Part shown: one piece after another, positions 8,233-18,347 of the stretch
Layout of the letters: each line of letters begins with the position of its first letter
Numbering within the stretch: position 1 is the stretch's first letter
Source of the DNA: Alphaproteobacteria bacterium
Lineage (GTDB): Bacteria > Pseudomonadota > Alphaproteobacteria > CAAHEQ01 > UBA3637
Direction of reading: 5' to 3'
DNA length: 54,865 nucleotides
NCBI GenBank assembly: GCA_045532865.1
Contig: JAZSGT010000025.1
Coordinates: 1 to 54,865 of the forward strand
Program-made: the position numbers and the translations under genes
The notes under the pieces: generated by a model
Databases searched by the model: none
Told to the model about the DNA's origin: nothing
The model's input: only the letters and a program-made list of their open reading frames with translations

Positions 8233-9642
8233 ATGAAATATATTTTATTACTTATTTTATATGGGGTTGTGTTTTTTTATCCCTTTTCTTTGTATGAAAA
8301 AGGGGTTTCTTTTTTTTCTCAAGAACCGGAATATTTCTTTTTTTCGCGGCAAGAATCAATTTTCAACAATAAGGATAAAAAAAATAATTTCTTATCATTG
8401 TTTTTTTCTGAGAATGAGAGAAAAAAATTTAAAGAATTACATGTCTGTTTATTTCAGAAGGAAATTTTGCAACGAAATAAAAAAATTTTATTTGCAGAAC
8501 CTAATCGGTTAAAAAGATTTTTTGATACAGCGTGTATAAAAAGAAGTGATGCTATTCGATTTGCAACGCATAAAATGTGGAAAAATTATCTTTATAAATC
8601 ATTTGATGGCAAAAAAATTTGTAAAGAATGGAATAATTGTGCTACTCTGATAGAAGATGACTCTGACCATATGGTTTTGGGTTGGGATCGGCACGGAGTT
8701 GAGGTTTTTGCTAAAACAGATGATGAATATAAAAGTATGCCAGTGACTTTTGATTTGGCTCAAAAAGATGAAAACTTAAAAGAAGATAAATTAAAAGGTT
8801 TTGTTGAAATACAAATTCCATCAGGTGGGCTGGGGAATCAACTTTTTGGATATTGGAGTGGGGTAATTTATGCGCTTAAAAACAATAAAAAACCTTTATT
8901 CTATCAGAAATCCCATATTGAAGAGTATTTAATACTGCCTTACAAAACAAGCGAAAAAGTGAAATTTAACTATGGGGCTCAACCGGAATATATTAAAAAA
9001 CATGTGGAAAATTTTGTTTCAAATGGAAGTTCTCATCACACTATTAATGAAAAAGGAAATTTTATCTATTTAAATGGGTATTCTCAGTCATGGCGTAATT
9101 TTACTGGATATGAAGATTATATTCGAGAACACACTGTTTTCAAGTACCCAATGCTTGCAAAAAGCAAAGAAATTGCTCAAAAAATGCAACAGGAAAATTC
9201 TGTTTCTATTCATGTTCGAAGAGGCGATTATGTTTGGCAGGGATATGTTTTGTTAACACAAAAATATTATACACAAGCCATTGAATATATGAACGCAAAT
9301 CTAGATAACCCTCATTTTTATATTTTTTCAAACGATATGAAGTGGGTGAGAGAAAATTTAAAAATAGATGCTCCTCATACATTTGTTGATTGGAATAAGA
9401 AAGATTATCAGGATTTAGAATTAATGTCGTTTTGTAAAAATCACATTATTGCAAATTCAACATTTTCTTGGTGGGGTGCTTTTTTAAGCAAGAATAAAAA
9501 TAAGATAATTATTGCTCCTGATAAACATGCAAGTTGGACGGGAGATTGGTTTAACTCTCTTCTTGCTCCAGATTTTGTTACTTTAGATGTTGATTTTTAT
9601 TATTGGGATAAAAAGAAAAATGATTTTATAATAAAAAAATAA
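8233..9642 (+). CDS. GT11-family alpha-1,2-fucosyltransferase-like protein with a ~190-aa N-terminal extension
   Basis: The C-terminal half carries the GT11 motifs HVRRGDY and ELMSFCKNHIIANSTFSWWGAFLS. The N-terminus has a hydrophobic anchor (ILLLILYGVVFFYPF). Confidence 0.8.
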   Translation: MKYILLLILYGVVFFYPFSLYEKGVSFFSQEPEYFFFSRQESIFNNKDKKNNFLSLFFSENERKKFKELHVCLFQKEILQRNKKILFAEPNRLKRFFDTACIKRSDAIRFATHKMWKNYLYKSFDGKKICKEWNNCATLIEDDSDHMVLGWDRHGVEVFAKTDDEYKSMPVTFDLAQKDENLKEDKLKGFVEIQIPSGGLGNQLFGYWSGVIYALKNNKKPLFYQKSHIEEYLILPYKTSEKVKFNYGAQPEYIKKHVENFVSNGSSHHTINEKGNFIYLNGYSQSWRNFTGYEDYIREHTVFKYPMLAKSKEIAQKMQQENSVSIHVRRGDYVWQGYVLLTQKYYTQAIEYMNANLDNPHFYIFSNDMKWVRENLKIDAPHTFVDWNKKDYQDLELMSFCKNHIIANSTFSWWGAFLSKNKNKIIIAPDKHASWTGDWFNSLLAPDFVTLDVDFYYWDKKKNDFIIKK

Positions 9643-9668
9643 AAATTTTTATAAATCATTTTTGATAT

Positions 9669-9700
9669 AAAAAAACCACCAATTTAATTGGTGGTTTTTT
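9669..9700. terminator. Bidirectional intrinsic terminator between convergent genes
   Basis: AAAAAACCACCAATT / AATTGGTGGTTTTTT palindromic hairpin flanked by an A-run and a T-run. Confidence 0.7.
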
Positions 9701-9715
9701 CTTCCTCTTCAGAAT

Positions 9716-11299
9716 TTATTGACCTTGTAAAAGGGCATCAATTAATTCTTGTACGCTTGGAATGTTTCCATTCTTATACATTGGATCTTCCCCAAAACGA
9801 TATCCACTATGACCACAGAACATTAAATTATTGTCAATACTTTCGCCATGAGCAATGGCTGTTAATGTCTTGTTGATGCAGAATGAACGAGAATCGGGAA
9901 GTCTATCTAAATGCCCATCTGCTTGTGACCAGCCGGAAAAAGCACAAGCTGACAAACATCCAACACAGTTTGCCCTGTCTTGTTTAATTTGTTCATTTTC
10001 TTCATTTGTTAAGAAAATAATAGAATTATCAGGTGTGCGAGTAACAACAGGTCGTGAGCCTGCTAAAAATTTATTTGCACGCTTAAAGTCATGTTCTGTT
10101 AAATAAACGGTTAACGCTTGAGAAATTGCAAAAGGTTTTACAAAAATACCTTCTGCTTTTTCCATATAAGGCATTTCAGTATCTTTTCGATCCATTAATG
10201 TTCTTAAAAATTTATTATTAACAGCAGAAGAATAAAAACCTGTTGGTGAAAAACGTTGTAAAATAATATCACCTTTTTTTAGACCTCTTAGGCAACCTTG
10301 CCATGCTTTGGCGACTGGGCTTTCTTTTGTTAATAAAGGTCTTGTTCCTAATTGAAAAGCAATAGGGCCAATTTCAGGATTATCGATTAAATCTTCAAAT
10401 TCTGAAAGATTCCAAACACCACCAGCCATAATCAATGGTACATGATTTAAATTATATTCATTTAATTGTTTGCGTAAAGCAACTAAACGTTCATAAGGAC
10501 GTTCAGGTTGTTCAGGATTTTCTGAATTTGATAATCCGTTATGGCCCCCAGCTCTCCAAGGGTCTTCATAAACAACACCTCCTAAATATTCCATACAATT
10601 TTTGTAACTTCTTAACCAAAGCGCTCTAAATGCTCTAGCTGATGAAACAATAGGGTAGTAATATAAACCATATTTTGAGGCGATTTCTGCTAGTTTGTAT
10701 GGCATACCAGCACCACAGGTAATCCCATGAACAAGGCTATGAACTTTATCAAGCATACCATCAACAACAGGTACAGCTTCCCCCATTCTTTTTTGGTATT
10801 GAAAACGCAACGAGCCAAGAGTTTCTTGAACTTTTTCACCCATGGCAACGATTTTTTCTTGATATTTTTCTGGTGCTTTTTCTCGGATGTTTTTCATCAC
10901 CTGTTCACAAGCGTTCATAACTCCTTCTAAAATTGGGATACTGCCACCCATTTCCCACAAAACGTTCATATGAATACGTCCATTACCACCAGAAATTTCA
11001 TGAGCGATTTTTGCTTGGGAAATACCACCACGAATTGACATTTCAATTAATTCTTTGTGGCGTTCTGGTCTTGTTTTTTGTGTATAAACTTTAGGAATAA
11101 CCTTTCCTTTCTCATCATATTCATCAGCAAATACACCAGAAATTGTGCCGACTGCTCCAGCCTTTGCCCAAGCTCCTGAAGATTGTCCATCTGAAACAGC
11201 AATACCTTTTCCCCCTTCAATCAGAGGAATAACTTCTTTGCCTGAAATCATAACTGGATTAACTTTTTTCATACTATATCCTTTCAGTAGGTGGTCCAT
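9716..11299 (-). CDS. FMN-dependent TIM-barrel oxidoreductase, nitronate monooxygenase / FabK-like family, with a Cys-rich C-terminal extension
   Basis: 527 aa. IPLIEGGKGIAVS and IMAGGVWN resemble the NMO-family FMN-binding segments. The assignment rests on motif resemblance only. Confidence 0.55.
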   Translation of the reverse strand: MDHLLKGYSMKKVNPVMISGKEVIPLIEGGKGIAVSDGQSSGAWAKAGAVGTISGVFADEYDEKGKVIPKVYTQKTRPERHKELIEMSIRGGISQAKIAHEISGGNGRIHMNVLWEMGGSIPILEGVMNACEQVMKNIREKAPEKYQEKIVAMGEKVQETLGSLRFQYQKRMGEAVPVVDGMLDKVHSLVHGITCGAGMPYKLAEIASKYGLYYYPIVSSARAFRALWLRSYKNCMEYLGGVVYEDPWRAGGHNGLSNSENPEQPERPYERLVALRKQLNEYNLNHVPLIMAGGVWNLSEFEDLIDNPEIGPIAFQLGTRPLLTKESPVAKAWQGCLRGLKKGDIILQRFSPTGFYSSAVNNKFLRTLMDRKDTEMPYMEKAEGIFVKPFAISQALTVYLTEHDFKRANKFLAGSRPVVTRTPDNSIIFLTNEENEQIKQDRANCVGCLSACAFSGWSQADGHLDRLPDSRSFCINKTLTAIAHGESIDNNLMFCGHSGYRFGEDPMYKNGNIPSVQELIDALLQGQ

Positions 11300-11429
11300 T
11301 TGAGTATGGATCTATTAAGATTTTTTGAGTATAACAAAAAATGAAATAAAGAGCAAAGTTTTTTTAACTTTTTTGAATTTAAAAATAAAAATGCTTGTTT
11401 TTTTATATACTTTTATTATACTAAAATTT

Positions 11430-13421
11430 ATGAATGAGAGAGCTCTTTATTTAACAGGCGAAGGTATGAGTTTAGAGAAGATGCAAAAATTCTCTAAAAT
11501 GTTACATTTGTCACTTTGGCCAACAAAGGAAAAACCATTTTTATCAGAAGGAACAAAAAAGCAAATTCCTCCTTTGTGTGTTGTTATTGGGGATGTTTCA
11601 GAAGATCGTTTTAAAGAAATATTAAAATGTCCAATTGAAGGTATTATTGATGCAAATGCAACAAAAAAAAGTATGTCTGATTTTATTGAATCGTTGCAAA
11701 TACGCAAATTTCCAAACGCACTAGGTTTGTTGTTAACTGGTCCTTTGGTTTATAAGTATGATGTTGCATACATTTTTACCGGAGCACTACAGTTGCGTCG
11801 CAAATTTTCTGATGCAAGGCGAAAAGCTATTCACCTTGCAGTGCATGAATCTTTGGTAAATGGATTATTTCATGGCAATTTAGAATTATCAAGTTCTATG
11901 CGACAAGATATTGTCGGATTTGTGTCATATCTTGATTTAATTAGCAATCGGTTAAATACCCCAAAGTATGCTAAAAAAGCGATTTCAATTTTTTCCACGT
12001 GGAATAAGTTAAAGCTTGAAATTAAAATTAAAGATGAAGGAATGGGGTACTCTTTAGCACAAATTTTAAAAAGGGATTCGGGTGACACCTCATCAAAAAG
12101 TGGGCGTGGATTACAAATTATTGCGCATGCAGTGGATTCATGTACAATTGACAACTATGGTAAGGAAATTACACTTTCCTTTTTGCGTGAAAGCAAAAAA
12201 AGTAGTGTGATCCAAAATCTTGCATCAACACCTGAAGTTGTTATGCAAACAGATATATCTTCAAGTAAAGTGTTAATTATTGAAGATAATAAAAGTAATC
12301 AAGCACTTTTAGCAGGGTTATTAGCTCAAATTGGTGTGGGCAGAATTGAGGTTGCATCAACAGGGGAGGAAGGACTTAAAAAAGTTGTAGAGTTTAAGCC
12401 TGATTTGATTATTTTGGATATTGTGTTACCACAAATGGATGGGTATGAAGTTCTTTTACAGTTAAAACAAATTGATAAAGATCATAAAATTCCAATTTTA
12501 ATTCAAACATCGACAGACACGCGTGAAGCAAGGGACAGAACTTTTAAGGCTGGGGCATCTGACTTTATTACAAAGCCGATAAATCCATTAGAGTTTTTTA
12601 CACGTGTTCGTGTTCATTTGGAAAATAAAAAATTAGTTGAATATCTTTCAGCTCAGTTGAATCAAATTAATGAAGAACTGCGTTTGTCTCAAAAAATGCA
12701 ACGTAGTTTGTTACCACAAAGCAGTCAGTTAGAGCAAATAAAAGAAAAATGTAATGTGGATATTGCATCTTTCTTTTCACCGTCAGATAGGTTAGGTGGA
12801 GATTTTTGGCAAATTATTGAGTTGTCAGAAAAGAAGTTTGGTCTTTTTTTGTGTGATTTTTCAGGTCATGGATTATCAGCCTCGTTAAACACATTTAGAT
12901 TGCACACATTAATATTCCAGTTAAAAGATAAAGTTAAAAACCCATCTGACTTTTTAAGGTTGTTGAATTTGCAGTTGTGCCAATTGTTGCCAAGAGGCCA
13001 ATTTGCAACATTCTTCTTTTGTATTTTTGATACAAATGCGCAAACGCTTTCTTATGCTGGAGCAGGTTCTCCACCACCATTTTTAAAAACAAGGAATGGG
13101 ATTTTACTTTTATCGACCCAAGGGTTGCCACTTGGCATTTCTCCAAATGCGAAATATGATGATTACAAAATTGATTTTTGCCCAGGAGATAAATTAATTT
13201 TGTATAGTGATGCATTGGTGGAAGAAAAAGCAGCTGATGGGTTAAGATTAGGTGAAGAAGGTTTAATCAGTTTGTTGCAAACGGTGTTTAGATATAAAGA
13301 TAATAGAGAAGCTGTTTCTCAATTAATGCAGTTATTCTTTAAAATGTTACCTCCACCACCACAAGATGATGTAACATTGGTTTGGGTTGATGCATTACCT
13401 CCAAAAAGAAAGAAAAAATAA
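11430..13421 (+). CDS. Multidomain signalling protein: RsbW/SpoIIAB-like HATPase domain + response-regulator receiver + PP2C (SpoIIE) phosphatase
   Basis: HATPase-like boxes are present: HESLVNGLFHGN, IKDEGMGY, GRGLQIIAHAVD. REC motifs are present: VLIIEDNKSN, DLIILDIVLPQMDGYEV, ITKPINPLEF. PP2C motifs are present: GGDFWQ, LCDFSGHGLSAS, LILYSDALVE. The ORF is open from a TTG at 11325, but that lies only 25 nt from the divergent gene start; the ATG at 11430 (or 11391) is more plausible, and the start remains uncertain. Confidence 0.8.
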   Translation: MNERALYLTGEGMSLEKMQKFSKMLHLSLWPTKEKPFLSEGTKKQIPPLCVVIGDVSEDRFKEILKCPIEGIIDANATKKSMSDFIESLQIRKFPNALGLLLTGPLVYKYDVAYIFTGALQLRRKFSDARRKAIHLAVHESLVNGLFHGNLELSSSMRQDIVGFVSYLDLISNRLNTPKYAKKAISIFSTWNKLKLEIKIKDEGMGYSLAQILKRDSGDTSSKSGRGLQIIAHAVDSCTIDNYGKEITLSFLRESKKSSVIQNLASTPEVVMQTDISSSKVLIIEDNKSNQALLAGLLAQIGVGRIEVASTGEEGLKKVVEFKPDLIILDIVLPQMDGYEVLLQLKQIDKDHKIPILIQTSTDTREARDRTFKAGASDFITKPINPLEFFTRVRVHLENKKLVEYLSAQLNQINEELRLSQKMQRSLLPQSSQLEQIKEKCNVDIASFFSPSDRLGGDFWQIIELSEKKFGLFLCDFSGHGLSASLNTFRLHTLIFQLKDKVKNPSDFLRLLNLQLCQLLPRGQFATFFFCIFDTNAQTLSYAGAGSPPPFLKTRNGILLLSTQGLPLGISPNAKYDDYKIDFCPGDKLILYSDALVEEKAADGLRLGEEGLISLLQTVFRYKDNREAVSQLMQLFFKMLPPPPQDDVTLVWVDALPPKRKKK

Positions 13422-14116
13422 TGATTAGATTGTTTGTTGATGAAAAATTAGAAAAGGGAAGAAATATTTCTCTTGATGAAAAAAAAGCACATTATTTAAT
13501 GCATGTTATGCGTTGTAATGTGGGTGATGAGGTGTATCTTTTTAATGGAAAAGAGGGTGAATTTAAATCTACAATTTTGCAAGAATCAAAGAAAAAATTT
13601 TTACTCAATATTGTTGAAAAAACAAAAGAATTTTCACCTGTCGAATCATGTATTTTGTGCCCAGCAATTATTAAAAAAGAAAATATGGATTTTGTTTTGC
13701 AAAAAGCAACAGAGTTGGGAGTGAGTGAAATTTTTCCCGTTATAACGGATAGAACAGTTGTTCGGAATTTTAATTTAGAACGGGCAAAATCAATAGTTGC
13801 AGAAGCTGCAGAACAATCGGAAAGATTGGATTGTCCACTTGTGCATGAACCAACAACGTTGCTTGATTTGTTTAAAAAGTTGCCTGATAATGCAAGTGTT
13901 TTTTTTCTGTCTGAACGAGGTAAAACAACATATCAAAAAACTGATATTAAAACGCCTGTTTTTTTAATTGGCCCAGAAGGTGGTTTTACTTCAAAAGAAA
14001 TACAGTATATTGAAAATATAGAAAATGTAAAAACCGTTCATTTAGGAGAGACGATTTTGCGTGCTGAAACGGCTTCAATTGCCATTTTGTCTTGTTGGCA
14101 GTATCAAGTGTTTTAA
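13421..14116 (+). CDS. rsmE: 16S rRNA (uracil1498-N3)-methyltransferase
   Basis: 231 aa with RsmE-like layout and the C-terminal LIGPEGGFTSKE motif. Its start overlaps the upstream stop codon (TAATG). Confidence 0.85.
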   Translation: MIRLFVDEKLEKGRNISLDEKKAHYLMHVMRCNVGDEVYLFNGKEGEFKSTILQESKKKFLLNIVEKTKEFSPVESCILCPAIIKKENMDFVLQKATELGVSEIFPVITDRTVVRNFNLERAKSIVAEAAEQSERLDCPLVHEPTTLLDLFKKLPDNASVFFLSERGKTTYQKTDIKTPVFLIGPEGGFTSKEIQYIENIENVKTVHLGETILRAETASIAILSCWQYQVF

Positions 14117-14134
14117 TTTTTTTTATTTTAAATA

Positions 14135-14171
14135 TAAAAAAATCCCCACTATAAAGTAGGGATTTTTTTTC
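14135..14171. terminator. Bidirectional terminator between rsmE and groEL
   Basis: AAAAAAATCCCCACT-ATAA-AGTAGGGATTTTTTTT hairpin with one mismatch, flanked by an A-run and a T-run. Confidence 0.7.
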
Positions 14172-14186
14172 TTTTGTTTAAGAGGG

Positions 14187-15851
<1,665 letters not shown>

Positions 15852-16139
15852 TTAAGCTAAAATTCCGAGTACATCGGATTCTTTCATGATTAATAAGTCT
15901 TCACCATTAATTTTGATTTCAGTTCCAGACCATTTACTAAATAAGACTTTGTCGCCTTCTTTTAAAGTCATTGGAATCATATTTCCTTTTTCATCACGGC
16001 CACCAGGACCAACAGCAGTTACAACACCTTGAGATGGTTTTTCTTTTGCTGTGTCTGGAATGATGATGCCACCAGCTGTTCTGTTTTCTTCTTGTGTGCG
16101 TTTGATGACAACACGATCAAGTAATGGTTTAAAATTCAT
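15852..16139 (-). CDS. groS: Co-chaperonin GroES (Cpn10)
   Basis: 95 aa ([14 protein letters not shown]...[13 protein letters not shown]...), directly upstream of groEL. Confidence 0.95.
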   Translation of the reverse strand: MNFKPLLDRVVIKRTQEENRTAGGIIIPDTAKEKPSQGVVTAVGPGGRDEKGNMIPMTLKEGDKVLFSKWSGTEIKINGEDLLIMKESDVLGILA

Positions 16140-16190
16140 TGTTTCTATATCCTTTCAAGTTTTAAGTTTCGATGTATATTAAATAGTATG

Positions 16191-16223
16191 TAAGCACGCA
16201 AAAGTCAAGGGTTTGCGTGCTTA
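16191..16223. promoter_or_regulatory. 12-bp-arm inverted repeat (CIRCE-like arms) upstream of groES
   Basis: TAAGCACGCAAA-N9-TTTGCGTGCTTA, 52-84 nt upstream of the groES ATG. On the minus strand it overlaps a TTGACT -35-like hexamer. The outer 9 nt of each arm match the CIRCE half-site TTAGCACTC at 7/9. Confidence 0.4.
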
Positions 16224-16277
16224 TTTTAATAGTTTTCAACAATAATTTTTAAACAAGAGAAGTTTTTATATAAAAAA

Positions 16278-18080
16278 TTATTCATCACCAATTTTAAGGG
16301 CATTGATAAATGCTGTTTGAGGGATTTCAACATTCCCAAATTGACGCATTCTCTTTTTACCTTCTTTTTGTTTTTCAAGCAGTTTTCTTTTGCGAGTGAT
16401 ATCCCCACCATAACATTTTGCTGTAACGTCTTTTCTAAAGGCAGAAATATCTTCTCTTGCAATGATTTTACCACCAATACTTGCTTGGATTGGAATTTTA
16501 AATTGATGACGAGGGATGAGGGTTTTTAATCTTTCGCAAATTTGGCGACCTCTACGTTCAGCTTGTGACCTGTGTGCCAAAAATGCTAAGGCATCAACTT
16601 GCTCACCGTGAACCATAATGTTCACACGTACAAGGTCACTGCGTTCATAATCTGAAACTTCATAGTCAAAGCTTGCATATCCTCTTGAAATGGACTTTAA
16701 TCTATCGTAAAAATCAAAAACAATTTCATTGAGTGGCAAATGATAAACAACCATTGCTCTGTTGCCAACATATGTTAAGTCTTTTTGGACACCACGCCTT
16801 TCTGTGCAAAGTTGTAAAATGCCACCTAAGTATTCATCAGGTGTTAAAATACTTGCTTTCACCCAGGGTTCTTCAATAAATTGAATAGATGAAGGGTCGG
16901 GCATGTCAGCAGGGTTATGCATAGTTAAAACAGTACCGTTTGTTAAATGCACATTATAAGCTACAGAAGGGGCTGTTGTGATAAGGTCTAAATTAAACTC
17001 ACGACTTAAACGCTCCTGGATAATTTCCATATGCAAAAGACCTAAGAACCCACATCTAAATCCTTGACCGAGTGCTTGAGATTTGTCAGGTGTGAATTGG
17101 AAACTTGCGTCATTTAATTGAAGTTTTCCAAGTGATTCTTTTAAGTTTTCATAATCACTCATATCCACAGGGAACAAAGAGCAAAAAACAACGCTTAAAC
17201 TTGGTTTAAACCCTGGGAGTGCCTCATTTGTTGGATTTTTTTCATCAGTAATTGTATCTCCAACACGTGTTTCACCAATGGATTTGATACCACAAATAAT
17301 AAAGCCAAGTTCACCTGTTTTAAGTTCAGTGGTATCTTGCATTTTTGGCATAAAGTGTCCCAATCTTTCCACTTTATAAACAGCATTTGTTGCCATCATT
17401 TTGATAGATGTACCTTTTTTGAGGGTGCCGTCAATAACACGAACTAAAACGATAATGCCTAAATATGAATCATACCAAGAATCAACAAGCATAGCTTTTA
17501 AAGGAGCATTTGAATCCCCTTCGGGAGCCGGTAATTTAGTAACGATTGTTTCTAAAACTTCATCAATACCAATTCCTGTTTTGGCAGAAATAAGAGGGGC
17601 TTCTGATGCGTCAATTCCAATCACATCTTCAATTTGAGCTTTGACTCTGTCAGGTTCGGCAGCCGGTAAGTCAATTTTGTTGATAATAGGCACAATTTCA
17701 TGATTTGCATCCAATGCTTTATAAACATTTGCAAGCGTCTGAGCTTCAACACCTTGTGATGCGTCAACAACCAAAAGAGAACCTTCACAAGCTGCAAGAG
17801 AACGGCTGACTTCATACCCAAAGTCAACGTGGCCTGGGGTGTCAATAAGATTGAGAATATAATCTTTCCCATCTTGTGCTTTGTAATTTAAACGAACAGT
17901 TTGTGCTTTAATGGTAATGCCTCGTTCGCGTTCAATATCCATGTTATCGAGAAGTTGTTCTTTCATTTCTCTATCAGTAACAGCCCCACATTTTTGAATG
18001 AGTCTGTCTGCAAGAGTTGATTTGCCATGGTCAATATGTGCAACAATTGAAAAATTTCTGATATGTGATAAGTCTGTCAT
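16278..18080 (-). CDS. lepA: Translation elongation factor 4 (LepA)
   Basis: 600 aa with the GTPase G1 motif AHIDHGKST and full-length LepA-type sequence. Confidence 0.97.
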   Translation of the reverse strand: MTDLSHIRNFSIVAHIDHGKSTLADRLIQKCGAVTDREMKEQLLDNMDIERERGITIKAQTVRLNYKAQDGKDYILNLIDTPGHVDFGYEVSRSLAACEGSLLVVDASQGVEAQTLANVYKALDANHEIVPIINKIDLPAAEPDRVKAQIEDVIGIDASEAPLISAKTGIGIDEVLETIVTKLPAPEGDSNAPLKAMLVDSWYDSYLGIIVLVRVIDGTLKKGTSIKMMATNAVYKVERLGHFMPKMQDTTELKTGELGFIICGIKSIGETRVGDTITDEKNPTNEALPGFKPSLSVVFCSLFPVDMSDYENLKESLGKLQLNDASFQFTPDKSQALGQGFRCGFLGLLHMEIIQERLSREFNLDLITTAPSVAYNVHLTNGTVLTMHNPADMPDPSSIQFIEEPWVKASILTPDEYLGGILQLCTERRGVQKDLTYVGNRAMVVYHLPLNEIVFDFYDRLKSISRGYASFDYEVSDYERSDLVRVNIMVHGEQVDALAFLAHRSQAERRGRQICERLKTLIPRHQFKIPIQASIGGKIIAREDISAFRKDVTAKCYGGDITRKRKLLEKQKEGKKRMRQFGNVEIPQTAFINALKIGDE

Positions 18081-18129
18081 TTGTAATCCTTTTGATTTTT
18101 GCGTATCTTATCAAAAAAAAATCAAAAAA

Positions 18130-18246
18130 TCAAGAAATAAAGAAAGCTCAAGACACCGAAGTGCTTGAGCTTAATATCGAAATGAATTTCTTATTAGCAA
18201 CTTGACAATCAAAACCAATATGATTTAGCTAAAAATCTTTTCGACA
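18130..18246 (-). ncRNA. Predicted tracrRNA of the type II-C CRISPR-Cas9 system
   Basis: The minus strand of 18197-18222 (CATATTGGTTTTGATTGTCAAGTTGC) is perfectly complementary to 26 nt of the minus-strand crRNA repeat. Upstream on the minus strand there is TTGACA (18280-18275), 17 nt, then AATAAT (18257-18252). Downstream come TAATAAG (nexus-like) and the hairpin GCTCAAGCAC-TTCG-GTGTCTTGAGC (18170-18146) followed by TTTCTTTATTTC. The ends are approximate. Confidence 0.8.
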
Positions 18247-18347
18247 CCTTTATTATTATCTTTAATTTTTTTTATGTCAACTTGTTTTTTGTAAAAAATA
18301 ATGATAATTCTTTAGTATTATTTGAAATTATCATTTGTGAGGGAAAA

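Noticed and set aside
18282-18347. The TTG-initiated N-terminal extension of cas9 (MFFVKNNDNSLVLFEIIICEGK) given in the ORF track.
   Set aside because: The canonical Cas9 N-terminus (MKYRLGLDMGATSIGWAV, the RuvC-I motif) starts at the ATG at 18348 and has GAGGG upstream. The extension begins 2 nt beyond the -35 of the divergent tracrRNA promoter (18275-18280) and has no SD.
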